Below are positions 33,592 to 34,242 of a DNA stretch of 34,242 nt, piece after piece. The notes beneath the pieces were generated by a model that made no database searches, was not told the DNA's origin, and saw only the letters and a list, made by a program, of their open reading frames with translations. A program made the translations under genes and the position numbers. Numbering within the stretch: the stretch's first letter is position 1; each line of letters opens with the position of its first letter. The DNA is taken from the NCBI GenBank assembly GCA_029717555.1, contig JAMDHS010000034.1, forward strand, positions 186,001 through 220,242. Direction: 5' to 3'. The DNA is from Peribolospora baueri. Taxonomy: Eukaryota.

Positions 33592-33990
33592 CTTCACTAC
33601 CTGGGGTTCCGCGCGAGCCCCACACTGGACGGACACAGCGACAGTTCGAACGAGCGCGCCATGTCAGGTCGGGAGAGCCAATCAGAGCCGTTCCGTCGCA
33701 CTCCCTCCTATGTCAACGCTACGCGAGGCTGGCGAGGATGATGGGCGCAAGAGCATGAGCCAGAGGCACACAGCAAAGATATGAGATGCAGGTGGCCGAA
33801 ATTGCCGGCAGAGAAGGCGTACAAAAAACGCGTGGAGGATGTGTGGCAGCGGGCTGACTCGTCACGCGGCTTTGCGCAGCGGGCGTTCGCCTTCAGAATG
33901 CGCTTGCCGGGTCACAACGCTCGTGACGCACTCGCCGCCTCGGACCGGCAGATTGTAGCCGACGGGGATGAGTTCAAGAGGGCTATTCTG
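33592..33990 (+). mobile_element. Tad1-like LINE ORF2, 3' continuation (RT thumb region)
   Basis: LHYLGF (the YLG motif that follows RT domain 7), NATRGW (~STWG) and AQRAFAFR (~R.IxGAFR). Degenerate. Confidence 0.55.
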
Positions 33991-34242
33991 ATTTCGTAGG
34001 GTTCGGGTCATGCTGACAAGCATAAAAGGCGAGACGACCGGCGTTCGTTGTCGCGTTCTTCCCATCCTCTTTTCTCATCATCTCTCTTCCTCTTCTACTC
34101 GCGCAGGACGCGTTTGTCTACCTCTTCTATCCTTCGTCCTGTTTTGCTTCGAGTGCCGGTCACTCTTTTTCCGAAACACCTCTTCCCCTCACGATTTATC
34201 ACGTGGTCTAAAGGATGCAGCTCGTCAAGTCGTTCATCCTCG

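Noticed and set aside
1..34242. tRNA, rRNA, CRISPR array, TPP riboswitch or biosynthetic gene cluster
   Set aside because: None recognisable by eye; the genes are housekeeping-type eukaryotic genes with no shared pathway. A covariance-model scan was not possible.

Overview
Intron-rich, GC-rich fungal genomic DNA. The short GT-AG introns and protein features point to a basidiomycete. A compact block of ten intact spliced genes spans about 1.3-29.2 kb: SPT8 (SAGA WD40 subunit), SAR1, VMA8 (V-ATPase D), signal peptide peptidase, a GTPBP1/2-family translational GTPase, a SWIM + RING protein, an M13 (neprilysin/ECE-like) metallopeptidase, an ATL1 alkyltransferase-like protein, a Caprin-like RGG protein and an NDR-family AGC kinase. 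Decayed mobile elements flank the block: a probable DIRS/Ngaro RT-RNase H relic on the left; on the right, a Ty3/gypsy relic and a Tad1-like LINE RT split by a ~2 kb nested insertion. The most interesting signals are an N-terminal CRIB-like (Cdc42/Rac-binding) motif, an APE->APD change and a GC-AG intron in the NDR kinase; a Caprin-type G3BP-binding-like motif in the RGG protein; and an 8-nt microexon in the SWIM-RING gene. All gene models were spliced by eye and no database searches were run.
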